Assembly (NCBI RefSeq): GCF_036321535.1
Contig: NC_087436.1
Location: forward strand, 76,076,001-76,140,000
Direction: 5' to 3'
DNA from: Camelus dromedarius
Lineage: Eukaryota
Length of the DNA stretch: 64,000 nt
The translations under genes and the position numbers were made by a program. Numbering within the stretch: position 1 is the first letter of the stretch; every line of letters starts with the position of its first letter. The notes under the pieces were generated by a model that worked only from the letters and a program-made list of their open reading frames with translations, had not been told where the DNA came from and made no database searches. Shown one piece after another: positions 38,651 through 50,700 of the stretch.

Positions 38651-41194
38651 GGACGTATGTTTGAATTTTTAGACAGTTTGTTTAATTGATCTGAACGGTA
38701 TTTCCTTGAAACTGACAATGAACCTATATTCAGCCTGTTTTATACGATCTTTAACCCATTAACAAAGGAAGATATTTTCATGGATATTTTGTTGTTTTTC
38801 ATTTGTCAAAAGCAAGCATGTCTTTAAAGTTGCTGTGAGTGAGGCGTGGATGAAGGAAGGATGGAAAAGCACAGGTGCAAACTGTACCCTCCACCATGTT
38901 TTTCTGTTGCATATCTCATTTGCCTTGTGATGTTTTTTCAATGGGTGGGTTCTTCTTGGTTTTGCTTCTTCTTCGTCTTCTACTTCCTGAGAACTGACTC
39001 CTAGAGATAAGAAAGGGATTTGAGTAAAATGTGAAGTTGTCTTTTTAGATCCTGGGAATACCCTGGTGAAAGATGCAGCCAAAATGAAGATTTTGGAGTA
39101 TGTGTGGTTTTCATTTATATTTGATGCTTTGGTTTCCTTTTGCTGTGGATAATTGAGAGTTGGCTGAACATGTCAACTGCCCAACTAAATATAACCTTCT
39201 GAGGAAAATTTATTCTTTGCACTCCTTTGCTTTTTTATTGTGATGAAAAGAGGAAAAAAAAAAAAAAAAAAAACCAGAGACTCAACGGGCTGTAACTTTA
39301 ATAGGTCATTCCAGCCAGTGCTTACCTTCACAAAATTCTGATAATACAGGGAAGACAATACAGTGATCAAAAGCAGTGATGAGATTTTTTAGCAGCATTA
39401 ACCGTCATGACCTAGCAAAATGAAAGAAAATGGTTTAACAGAACTGTCAGCTTCAATATAGCTAATAAAGGCATGGATAAATGTTTATTACATACCGGAG
39501 ACAGATCATTTCTGTACAGAAATTGAGGATGACCTTTACTGATAACTCTTATCTGCCTGATATCCTGAGAGAGAGGGAGAGGGAGAGGGGAGAAAAGCAT
39601 ATTTGCTGATATTTATGAAAGGAGAAATTATCATGTGCAAATAAAACATTTTAGCAATGATTATCTCAAGTCACCCTCTTGCCCTCTCTTCTACCCCTGC
39701 AGACATCCCTCACGGAGGTATAATATAGATTCCTCTCTAGGAGACCAAATGTGCCTGAAAGTTGCATTGGTAAATTCAGGGAAATTCTACTTAAACTCAC
39801 CATGTCTTAAAAAGCAAAGAATAGGAACACATGGCTAGGAATACTTATATCAATAACGTTGACTCTTAATTTCTTCTAAGACATTACAAAGATGTTGCAA
39901 TTATTTGACAACCCTTTTAATAAAATGCTCTCAACTGTAACTAGAAATTTCAGAGAGTCTGTAATAAACAATCCTTGTCCATTCTGTCATGATAAATAAA
40001 TTAGCTAATATTCATAACATGTTTAGAATTTTTGAAAGACATCGATGCCTAAATATCGTTACTTACTGATACTAATATTTTTGTTCTTCTTATGAAACTG
40101 CTGGAGGTGGTGATGGTGCAGAAAATGATAGAGGCTTTTTATTTTTATTCATTTATTTTTTTTCTCTTTTATTCCAAAGGGATATTTCCTGGTACCTTCA
40201 TTAAAAGTGTTTACAATTTAAGTTGAGTTGTCATCAAAAATATAAGTCAACAGTTGATGTGATAATTTGGGTAATTTAGGGAAGAAAAAGTAGATTTACC
40301 TGAAATATTTAAACCTTAAGCTTGTTTTTTTGTTTGTTTGTCTGAAGACACATGTCAAATCTTATTACATTGTTCCTAGAATAGTTCTGTGTATCTGGTG
40401 GCTGCCCAGTATATTTTAATTAATGACAGTATTTTGGAAATCTTAGACACTTTCCTGCATATTCTTATTTTGACATATGTTTATATACAGGGATAGCTTC
40501 CCTCTAAACTTAAAATTTTCTTCAGAAGGTATAAAACCCAGTATGCATAGGCATAGTAGATTCAAAGTAGAAAAAGCAGGCTAGTATGAATTCATTTGAC
40601 ATTGAAATTGACAATTTTTATTTTTAAATTAAATTTGATTTAGTAATAGAGGTGGAATTGGAAACCTCTTATTTCCTTAGCTCTATGGCTTAATTAAATG
40701 TCTTTTTTCTCCTCTCTCTCACTTATTTTTTCTTTCTATTCTTTTAAACAAGCCTACAGGCAACTGTTTTGCACACCCAATATGCAGAAGCTCTGCCAAA
40801 AGGGCCGGTTGTGTTTAGGAGCCATCCAGGGCGCTTTGCGGTGCTTTGCGCTTAGAGGAAGGAAGTGCCTCCCCTCTCTCTCCCTTTCTCTCTCTCTTTT
40901 GCAGCTGCAGCTGTCAGGCACTCCCTTGGCCCATTTCGGCTGCTCTGAGCCACTGACTCTGCCACTATTAAGACAGAATGAATTTTCCACAATGTCATAG
41001 GGGGCTTGTTTGGCATTTAATATGGAATATAGACTCTACTGAGGCTGAAAAAGACAAACAAAATCTTGCAGATGAGGTAAAACAACAGTTTGTGCCTTGT
41101 CATAAACATGTCATTTTGTGCCTCTGACCCAGTCTCCACACCAAGCTTTCTTCTCAGCACCATGTCTCTGTTGACATACAGGAACTGTTGGTGA

Positions 41195-41196
<2 letters not shown>

Positions 41197-41266
<70 letters not shown>
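41197..41266. repeat. Compound microsatellite (CA)21(GA)14
   Basis: Counted directly from sequence. Confidence 0.95.
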
Positions 41267-41271
<5 letters not shown>

Positions 41272-41829
41272 GAGAGTGAGTGAAAGCATCAGAGCAGACA
41301 CGGAAATCTGTCACCTCTCTTTGATCCTTATAGCTGAATTAATTTAGAAATTATAAGTTTGCAAATGCATGATAGAAACAAGGAAATGGAAAGAAGTCTT
41401 TATTTGTTTACAATTTTAAACTGTCATTTGTTGGAACTATGGAACTAAAAAGAACAGTAAAGTTGTAATTTGATGAAGCTGCACTTTGATGACGAATAAT
41501 TAGATATTGACTGTAAAAGTTTCTCATCAGAATAACATCTCTTTTATAGTTTTCTGTGCTGTTCAGATTTGGTGTCTATTACAAGTTACAGCAGGAATAC
41601 GAATGACTTTTCAGTGCTTATGTGAAAATTGTGAAAGCCTTGAAAATCTATCTGGATTCATTAATTTCTGAATTTTTTTTCCAATGAATGATTATAAATA
41701 CTTTGTCAGGACAGGTTAGTCAACCATACACATGTCTGACAACAGACTCACTGATTCTGGTGCCATGTTTATGGTAAGTATTAACCAAAAAGCCTATCTG
41801 CTACATGTCCTGGATAATACAGTCTTTAT

Positions 41830-42052
41830 GATTTTACTTTACCAGCATCATATGTAGCCCTTTATTACAGGCTGTTTTAAATACATATAGCAACTCATTT
41901 AATCTTAAAGTCATCCTATTTTACAAGGGGAAACGGGGCACAGAGAATTCGTTCAAGGTTATGTAGCTAGTTAAGAGGTGGGGCCAGCGTTTGCCCCAAG
42001 GAAGTCTGACCCCAGGGCTCTTCTTGTTTATCATTGTGCTTCACTGCCTCTT
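41830..42052 (-). mobile_element. MIR SINE
   Basis: 'ctcatttaatctt..cctattttacaaggggaaacggggcacagaga..caaggttatgtagctagt..gtctgaccccagggc'. Confidence 0.8.
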
Positions 42053-42544
42053 AGTCCTGAGGGATTGAATTGGGGCAGTTAACTACTGGAGTCCAATTGG
42101 CTGTAAGAGGTGTGGTCTGAGTACCAATGTTGTAAATTGAACTAAGGGATTAGGAAACATTAACTAACTGGCTTTTATTCTTCTAAATCTTGAAGGAGAA
42201 AAAGAAGGCAAACCTACATTATATAGGTTTACATTTACCTGTGCTTGTGGTGGTGAGGTGGGGTGAAAATGCTCTTCTCCTACCCCAGCTCTCTTCCAAC
42301 TCCTCTCTCCATTTCTTGTATTGACTTTTGCCTTTTCTGCCAGATGTTTCAGGCTCTCAGCATTCACGGGGTGCTTCATTGCACAGGACACAGTCCTGTC
42401 CCTCTCAGTGCTCGCAGCCTACTTGAGGAGATAGATTTGTGTCCTGCCCAGGGTGCTGGGGAAGCAGACAGAGGGGACATCACACACTGGCTGCGACCAG
42501 GAAGGGTGCTTGGTGAAATCTTTTGAGTAAAAGGAAGAGAAAAA

Positions 42545-43402
42545 CTACTTTATAATCAGAAAAAGTAATTTCTAATTATGAAAGTAATTCTTCAGTATAA
42601 AAAATTTCAGAAGTGTTGGAAAAGTGAGAAGAAAAAAACAGTCACCTTTAAGTGAAATATTAACACAGAAAGAATTACGTAAAATCTGGGTATACGTCAA
42701 GCCTTATTTTTTTGCCCCAGGCATATATCTTTGTAAATTTGGAATCATACTGAATACAATATTCATTATAGTATTTGAATATTTTCATGAACTTATGTTC
42801 TTCTGCAGCATAACTTCTCTGGGTCTGCAAGTATTTATCATATTAGTGTACTGTAATCTTTTTTTGGATATCTAGGTTGTTTCCACGTATTCACTAGTAT
42901 AAACACAGGATAATGAATATCCCTAAACAAAATTTTGTGCAAGAGCTAGAAGAATATGAAATTATTTATATTTTGTGGTTCATGTTGCTCAATTGCCATC
43001 TTTTAAGAATATGTCTTTATATATTTCCACCAGCAGAGTATAAAATTTAGTACACTCTTACCAATACTAATGTTATTATTTAAAATTTTTTCCATTGTGA
43101 TAGGAGACAAATATTACCCAATTGGAAAAGACAATATTGTCAATTTGATGTTCTAATTATTTCATTCATCAGTAATGAGTTTGAACATTTTTATATTTTT
43201 TGTCTACTTGAATTTTTTTTTTGAATGAGTAGAATATTCTCTTTCATCCTCTCTGTGAATGTTTTTGTTAATTTGTAAAAGCTAAGTAATACATTAACCC
43301 TTTACTCATCATATGTGCTGGAATAGTTCTTAAATGTTACTTTCCTTTAAATTTTATTTAGATAACTTTGACATGTAGAAGTTTTCAGTTTTCTCTTGGT
43401 CA
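42545..43402 (-). mobile_element. Old L1M (L1ME-like) 3' region, interrupted by the LTR
   Basis: 'ttggatatctaggttgtttcca..ataatgaatatcc..ttccaccagcagagtata..gagtttgaacattttt'. Confidence 0.7.
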
Positions 43403-43817
43403 TGTGAACAAAAAATACTGCAAACTGTATCAGTAAACAAAGGATACTGAAACCATCAAGTCATCAGCGGCTGCCGCCACCCCTCAGTGAAGACAAGCCT
43501 GCAGCCCAGCCTCTGCAGCCACTCACAATGGTGCACCCTGAGGGGACTCAGAATAAGAAAGGACAGGATACTGGCCCTAGATAGCTAGGTGCTTGTCAAA
43601 GGAATGAATTCAATGAGCCCAAATGTTTGCTTCCTCCCATACATAGAAAAGCACTGAATTCTTTTTTTTTTTAAAGAGGAAAATTAACTAATTTTATTGC
43701 ACTTGAAAAAAGCCTTCCAAGTGTTGGTTGCATCTACTAATTCTTCAGAATTCTAGGAGCTGGTGAGTGAGTTTATTAAAAAAGGGCAAGCACTTGAAAT
43801 TCGGAGCCATTGCATTT

Positions 43818-43973
43818 TTTAATACATGTACTGCTTTTTTTTTCCCTAGGGGGCAGGTAACTAAGTTTATCTATCTATTTATTTATTTAAATGGAGGCAC
43901 TAGGGACTGAACCCGGGACCCCAGGCACGCAAAACACACACTCCCCCACTGAGCCATTCCCTTCCCTGCCCTA
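43818..43973 (-). mobile_element. Camelid Vic-1-type tRNA-derived SINE with 14-bp TSD
   Basis: 'gggggcaggtaactaagtttat..aatggaggcactagggactgaacccgggacc..ccactgagccattcc'; exact TSD gagccattgcattt at 43804-43817 and 43974-43987. Confidence 0.85.
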
Positions 43974-44044
43974 GAGCCATTGCATTTAAATCCTGGTCCG
44001 ACCACTTGTCAGTTGGGTAACTTTGGGCAATAAGAGTGGCTCCT

Positions 44045-44515
44045 ATTTTCTGAGTGCGTTCTTTGGACCAGGCACGTTAAACACATGATCTCATTTAATC
44101 TTCATAATAAGCATGAAGTGGATATTATTCCCAATTATCATCTCCATTTTACAAATAGAGAAATGAAGGCTGAGAGAAATTATTTGTTCAGGGTTGGATA
44201 CATGATAAATGACAGAAAAGTAATGTGAATGAGGTCTGCGTGGCTCCAGAGTTCTTAAATGTGGTGCCATACCTCCTCCAAGTTATAATGTACCTAAGGT
44301 ATTAAATCTTTATGAGCTTCGTTCGGTTTCATCATCTGTAAAGCACCTAATAGTCATGACTAACATTCCTGAGTGCTTACTGTCTTCCAGGCATTTTCTA
44401 AATGCCGACATACCTTATCTCATTTAATTCTCACAGAGTTCTAATGAATAGGAACTACTTTTATCCCCATTTTACAGGAGACACTGAGGCATAGCGGTGT
44501 TAAGAAACTGACCTG
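44045..44515 (-). mobile_element. Two antisense MIRs (plus sense MIR pieces) inside the retroposed segment
   Basis: 'atctcatttaatcttc..ctccattttacaaatagagaaatgaaggctgagaga' and 'atctcatttaattctcac..atccccattttacaggagacactgaggcatag..gttaag'. Confidence 0.85.
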
Positions 44516-44518
44516 GCA

Positions 44519-44542
44519 AGGAGGGTATAGCTCAGTGGTAGA
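44519..44542 (+). mobile_element. 5' head fragment of a Vic-1-type SINE
   Basis: 'ggagggtatagctcagtggtaga' (tRNA A-box-like head), cut off at the insertion boundary. Confidence 0.65.
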
Positions 44543-44764
44543 CCCTGAAAGCACTAAATTTTTTAACGTGAGATGCCTGGTTTTCTTTAGATAACAAGTA
44601 ATCTTTTATTGTTCCAAATACCTGGTCTTTGTTGTAAAGCTCCTATTTATCCTAGCTCCTCCCCTACCCCTTCGGAGCAGTCCCTCAGCGTGATCTGAGA
44701 GGCTGTCCTCCTGGCTTGAGTCCTCCCGCCAAATAAAACATAACTCTCAACTTTTGGTATCATC

Positions 44765-47700
44765 ATATTTATTTAGCCATTCTAGTGAGTGTTCAGTGTT
44801 AACTTCATTCTGGTTTTAATTTGTATTTCTCTGATAATTAAAGAGGTTGAGTACTTTTAAATCAACTTTTCCAAGACACAATTGGTATAATAAGTTATAC
44901 ATATTGCAAGTGTACAATTTGATAGGTTTTAAGATACGTATACATTTGTGAAACCGTCATGTAATCAAGATAATGCACTATCCATATCCAAAGAGTTTCA
45001 TTGTGCCCTTTTGAAATTCCTCTTTTCCCCTCCCAACCTCCATCTATTTTCTGTTATTATAAGTAGTTTGAAAATTCTAGAATTTTATATATGAAGGATC
45101 ATATATTATGTACTCTTATTTGTCATCTTTCACTTAGCACAATTATTTTAATTTTTATCAAGGATGTTGTGTATATAGTAGTTCATGCTTTTTATTGTTG
45201 AGTAGCATTCCACCATATGGATATACCAAATGTACATTCCATTCACCTGTTGATTGGCATCTGGACTGTTTCTACTTTTTAGTTATACAAATAAAATTGC
45301 TATGAACATTCGTGTTTAAATTTTTGAATAGACATATGCTTTCATTTTGGTAAATACATAGGAGCAGAATGGCTAGGTTATGAGTCAGGTATATGTTTAA
45401 CTTTTTAAAAACTGCAAACAAGTTTTCCAAAGTGGTTACTATTGTACATTCCCATTAACAGTAAATGAAAATTCCAATTGCTTTGCTTCCTCACCAACCT
45501 TTGAAAAGGTTAATCTCTTTAATTTTAGCATTCAAATAGATGTCGAGTGGTATCATATGTTTGTTTTGCTTTGCATTTCCCTACTGATTAATGATATTGA
45601 GCATCTTTTTTTAATCTAAGGTGTCAAATCCACTAGAATAAAGTTGTTTACTGTTCCCTTATTGTCCTTTTAATATGTACAGAATCTGTAGTGAAGTTGC
45701 CTCTGTTATTCCTGGCATTAGCTATCTGTGTTATCTCTTTTTTTGTTCCCCGTTAGTCTTGTTAGAGATTTATTAATTTTATTGGTCTTCCTAAAGAAGC
45801 ACTTTGAAAAGCATTGATTTTTTCAATTGATTTTCTGTTTTCTATTCAATTCATATTTGCTCTGATTTTTATTATTTTATTTCTTTTAATTACTTTGGGT
45901 TTAATTGTTTTTCCTTTTCTAAGGAACGTGGGGTTATTGATTTAAGACCTATTTTAATAGAGACATTTAGTGCTATATATTTCCCTCCAAGTACTGCCTT
46001 AAAAACATCCCATAGATTTTGATATGTTGTATTTTTCATTCTCATTCAATTCAAAATACTTTATAATTTCTCTTTTGACTTCTTCTTTGACCCATGAAGT
46101 TTGTTATTTGAGAGTTCTTCAGATACTTTTATACATTTCCAGTTTAATCTGTTTGTGGTCAGATAGTCCGTATACCTTATAAGACTTGAAATCCTTTAAA
46201 TTTATTAGACTTGTTTTATGACCCAGAATACAGTTCTGTCTTGGTAAATGGTCATGTGCACTTGAAAAGAATGCATATTCTGCTATTGTTGGTGGAATTC
46301 TTTATTAATGCCAAGTATACCAATTTTGTTGTTAGTGTTGTTTGTCTTTTATGTCTTTAATGATTTTCTGTCTACTTGTTCTATCAATTATTGGGAGAGG
46401 AGAGTTGAAATCTCCTCCTAAGTGTAGATTTATCTATTTTCCTTCCAGTTCTGTCAATTTCTGTGTTTGAAACTCTGTTATTAGGTTAATAAATGGTTAG
46501 AATTGGTATGTCCTTTGGTGAATTGACTTCATTATCCTTGTAGAGTGATCCGTTTTATCCCTAGTGATATTGTTTACTCAGAAATTTACTTTAATATTAA
46601 TGGAGCCACTTCAGTGTGCCTTTGATTAGTGTTATCCTGGTATATTTTTTCTCATCTTTTTACCTTTAATCTAGTGTGTCTTTATATATAAACAGTGTTT
46701 CTTGTGGGAAGCATTTTGTTGGATCTTTTTCTATCTAATCTGCTAATCTTTGCTTTTGGGACATTTAGGTCCTAGGTCATTTACATTGGTATGTTTAGGT
46801 TTAGTTCTGCTATCTTGCTTTTTTGTTTGTTATTTGTTCCCTTTTCCCTTCTCGTCTGCTTTCTTTTGCATTAATAGAGATTTTTTTCAATGATTTAATT
46901 TTATCACCTTTGTTTTATTGTTACTTATAATTTTTTGATGTGTTATTTTAGTAGTTGCTTTGGTGTTCATAGTATAATTTTTAGCTTATCTCAGTCTGTC
47001 TTCAAGTGTTATGATTTACTTCATGTTTAGTGCAAGTAATGTTTAGTACTAGTACTTTTGGATAACTTTTTTTTTTTTTCTTAACTATGTCTTAAAGCTC
47101 ACTATTCTCTTCTCTGGCAATATGTACCCTGTTAATCCCATCAGTTGTATTTTCATTTAAGACCTTGCTTTCAACTCTAGAAATACAATTTGGTCCTTTT
47201 AAAGAATATATTGTTCATATCTCTGCTTAAATGTTAGTTTTTTCTCTAGCTTCTTGAACATATTGAATACAGTTAGAATAACTTTAATATACTTGTATAT
47301 GCTATCATCTGTGTCATATTTGTTTTGCATTGACTTTATTGACTTTTCTCATTGTGATCATTTATTTGTATGCCTTTTAATTTTTAATTTGATACCAGAC
47401 ATTGTAAATTTTAACTTGTTGGATCCTGGAAGTTTTGCAATCCTGTAAATATTTCTAAATATTTATGTATTTATGTTGTGGTACTTGGAAACAGCTTGAT
47501 TCTTTCAGTTCTTGCTTTTAAGCTTTGTTAAACACGACCATAACACTATTTAATCAATGGCTAATTTACCCCAGTACTGCGGGAAAACACTTCTGAACGC
47601 TCTACCAAATCTCCATGAAGTGTGAGCCTTTACAATCTGTCTGATAAGAACAAACAAGTCTGGCTCTGGGTGTGCTCTGGGCAGTGTCTTTTCTAATGCT

Positions 47701-50700
47701 TCTTGATGTCTTCTCTCCAGTTTTTAGTAGTTTCTTCTCATAAATCCTGAATACTCAGAGAAGACCTTCTTCAGATCTCTAGAATTCTCTGTCTTCTCAG
47801 TTCTCTTCTCTTTGGTACTGTGTCCTACAAAGTCTGGCAGTCTTGACTGTCACAGACTTACAACATTTTCTTCAACTCAGGGAGACTTTTGCATTCCATC
47901 TAATTTCTCCTGTTATACACCATGGCCTGGACATTTTCTCCAAGTGGTATGTTGAAGCCATCGTAGGAGTAATCTTGTTAGGTTAGCTGATCTCTCATTG
48001 CTTGATTTCCAATGTCTTGAGAACCATTGTTTCACATACTTATCCAGTATTTTAGTTTTTCAGGCAGGAGGAAAAATCTTTTTTTCTGAAACTCCATCTT
48101 GGCCAGAAGCATAAGTTCTGTTGAGCATCTTTTCATGTCCTTATTAGTCATTCATATATTTACTTTATTAAATGTCTTGTCAATTTTTTGCCCCTTTAAA
48201 AAATTGGATAATTCATTTCCCTAGTATTGTGTTGTAAGGATTCTTTTTTATATTTTGGAAAACTTTTAATGCCAAAAGTTTTAATATTGATGAAGTCCAG
48301 TTTATCAAGTTTTTCTTCAATAATGCTTTATGTTCTAAGAAAATCTGACCATAAAGGTCATGGAGATTTTCTCCTATGTTTTGTTTTGAAGTTTTATTCC
48401 ATTAACTTTTATGTTTAAGTTTAAAATACATTTTAGGTTAAAATTTGTGTGGCAGAGTAGATGAGGTTCACTTTTAAACCTTTTGATAGTAAGCTGTTCC
48501 AACAGTATTTGTTGAATGAACTGTCCCTTTCCATCAAAGTACTTAGACACTGGGCTTGAAAATTAATTCAGGTGTGGTTCTTTTTCCAAGCTAACTATTC
48601 TATTCCATTGTACATTTTGTCAGTATCACTGTATTAATTCTTGATAGCTTTACAGTGAATCTTGAAATAAGGTAGTGTATATCTTTCACCTTTGTTCTTT
48701 TTCAAAGTCGTGTTTAGTGTTCTAGGTTCTTTGTGTTTTTATAATTTTTAGAATAAATTTGTAAATGTCCACAAAATAGGCATGATGGGATTTTTATCTG
48801 GGATTCTGTCAAATGTCTAGATCATCTTAAATATTGAATCTTAAATATTGAATCTTCAATCCGTGATCATAGTATATGAAACCACCTTTAAAATTTTTCT
48901 TTAATTTTTCATTAATTTCTTTCAGCAATATTTTTTGTTGTTGTCACTCTACAAGTAATTCATATATTTTGTTAAATTTATCATTAAGTAATTCATATTT
49001 TAATGCTATTATAAGTAGAATTTTAAAAGTTATATTTTCCAGTGGTTTGCTCCAAGTATTTAGATATACAGATGATTTTTGTATACAGACATTCTATATT
49101 GTGGCTGTTAAAATCATGTATTAGTTCTATTTTTTTTTTTTTTTTTTTTTTAGATTCTGTAGGGTTGTCTATGTACAGACAGTTTTACTTCTTCCTTTCC
49201 ACTCTGCATGCTTTTGTGTTGTTTTATTTTGTTTTCTTATGTCATTGCACTGGGTAGAGTAGGGGAATTATTAAGTAGGAGTAGTGAGAGGATATTCTTG
49301 CTTTGCTTCCTATTTTAGGGAGAAAGTGTTCAAGCTTTCTCCATTATGATATTACTTACAGGCTTTTTTTTTTCATAGGTATCCTTTATCAGGTTGAAGA
49401 AGGTTCTTTTATTTCCAATTTGTTGATAATTTTTAACATGATTGTGTATACAATTTTGTCAAATGAACTTTCTGTATCTATTGAGATGACTATTATTTTT
49501 CTCCTTAATACCCTAGTTTGATTAAGTAAATTGATTAATTTTCAAATGTTAAACCAACCATACATTCTTTGGGTATACCCTACATGGTCATTATGCATTA
49601 ACTTTTACAATGTTGCTGGATTTCATTTGTTAATACTATGATTTTTTTCTTTTTGCATCTGTGTTCATGAGAGTTACTGGTCTCTGAGTTGTCTTATTTT
49701 TGTAATGTCTTTGGTTTGGTATCAAGGTAATGCTTGCCATTTAAAGTGAGTTTGGTAGTGTTCCCTCCTCTTTATGTTCTAAAATATTTTCTGTAGCATT
49801 AGAATGATTCCTTCCTTAACCGTTTGCTAAATTTCAGCTAGAAAGCTATTTGGGCTTGTGGTTTTGCTTTTCTTTGTGAGAAAATTTTTGTTTACAAATT
49901 TAATTACCTTACTACATCTAGGGCTGTTTTGTGCACTGTTGGTAATTTCTGTCTTTCAAGTAGTTTGTTCTTTTCACATAAATTGTTGAATTTACTTGTT
50001 TGCTCTTTCTCTCTTCTTTTTTCCTTGATTAGTCTAGTTAGAGGTTTTTCCATTTTTTTTTGGAGAACTAGCTTTTTTTTTTTTATTTGTCTCTATTTTT
50101 AGTTATATGTTAACTGATTTAGCATATCAGTATTATTTCTTTTATTTTACATTTTTATACTTAATATTCTATTTGATTTTAGCTTCATAAAGTGGAACTT
50201 CATATCACTTATTTTAGGCTCTTCTTTTTCAACATGAATATTTAAATCAAACCAATAAATTTCCTTTAAGCTCAGCTTTCATTACATCCCACAAATTTTG
50301 ATGTGTTGTATATTTTTTTCTATGAGGTCAAATAGTTTTTAATTTCACTTTTTGTGTTTTCACTTGATCTATGTGTTCTTCAGAAGAGTGTTGTTTAATT
50401 TCTAACTATTTGGGCATTTCCAGATATTTTTAAATTGATTTCTAGTTTAATACCATTATGATCAGAATATAAGCTCTATATAATGTTAATCCTTTTAAGT
50501 TTATTTAAGCTTGCTTTGTTGGAATGAGTTCTATAATGTCAGTTATGTCAGGTAGGTTAATTTTGCCATTCAAGTTTTGTCTGTCCTCATTTTTTGTGTC
50601 TTTGTATTCTATTGATTTGTTGAAGTGTTGAAATCTCCAACTGTCTTTTTGGATTTGTCTCTTTTTCTTTTTAGTTCTTTCAACTTTTGCTTTAAGTATT

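Larger units (their letters stand above)
43662..44547 (-). pseudogene. Retroposed polyadenylated non-coding segment (retrocopy or orphan transduction)
   Basis: T11 tail 43662-43672, minus-strand AATAAA at 43693-43698, TSD aaagcact[g/a]aatt[c/t]ttt at 43648 and 44548; contents are unique DNA plus MIRs and SINE. Confidence 0.75.
43403..44757 (+). mobile_element. ERV solo LTR (probably ERV1, lineage-restricted), split into 43403-43664 and 44548-44757 by an insertion
   Basis: Starts with TG; LTR-like body ('gcaccctgaggggactcagaat', 'tcctcccctaccccttcggagcagtccctcag..ctgagaggctgtc'); AATAAA at ~44732; canonical 3' CA end not evident. Confidence 0.7.

Noticed and set aside
44519..44542. tRNA gene (A-box-like tagctcagtggtaga)
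   Set aside because: Only ~24 bp, no B-box or cloverleaf; it is a SINE head.
48824..48856. 14-bp tandem duplication (also short ones at ~4667-4706, 24771-24810, 57236-57262)
   Set aside because: Ordinary slippage duplications; no regular repeat-spacer structure, so not CRISPR-like.
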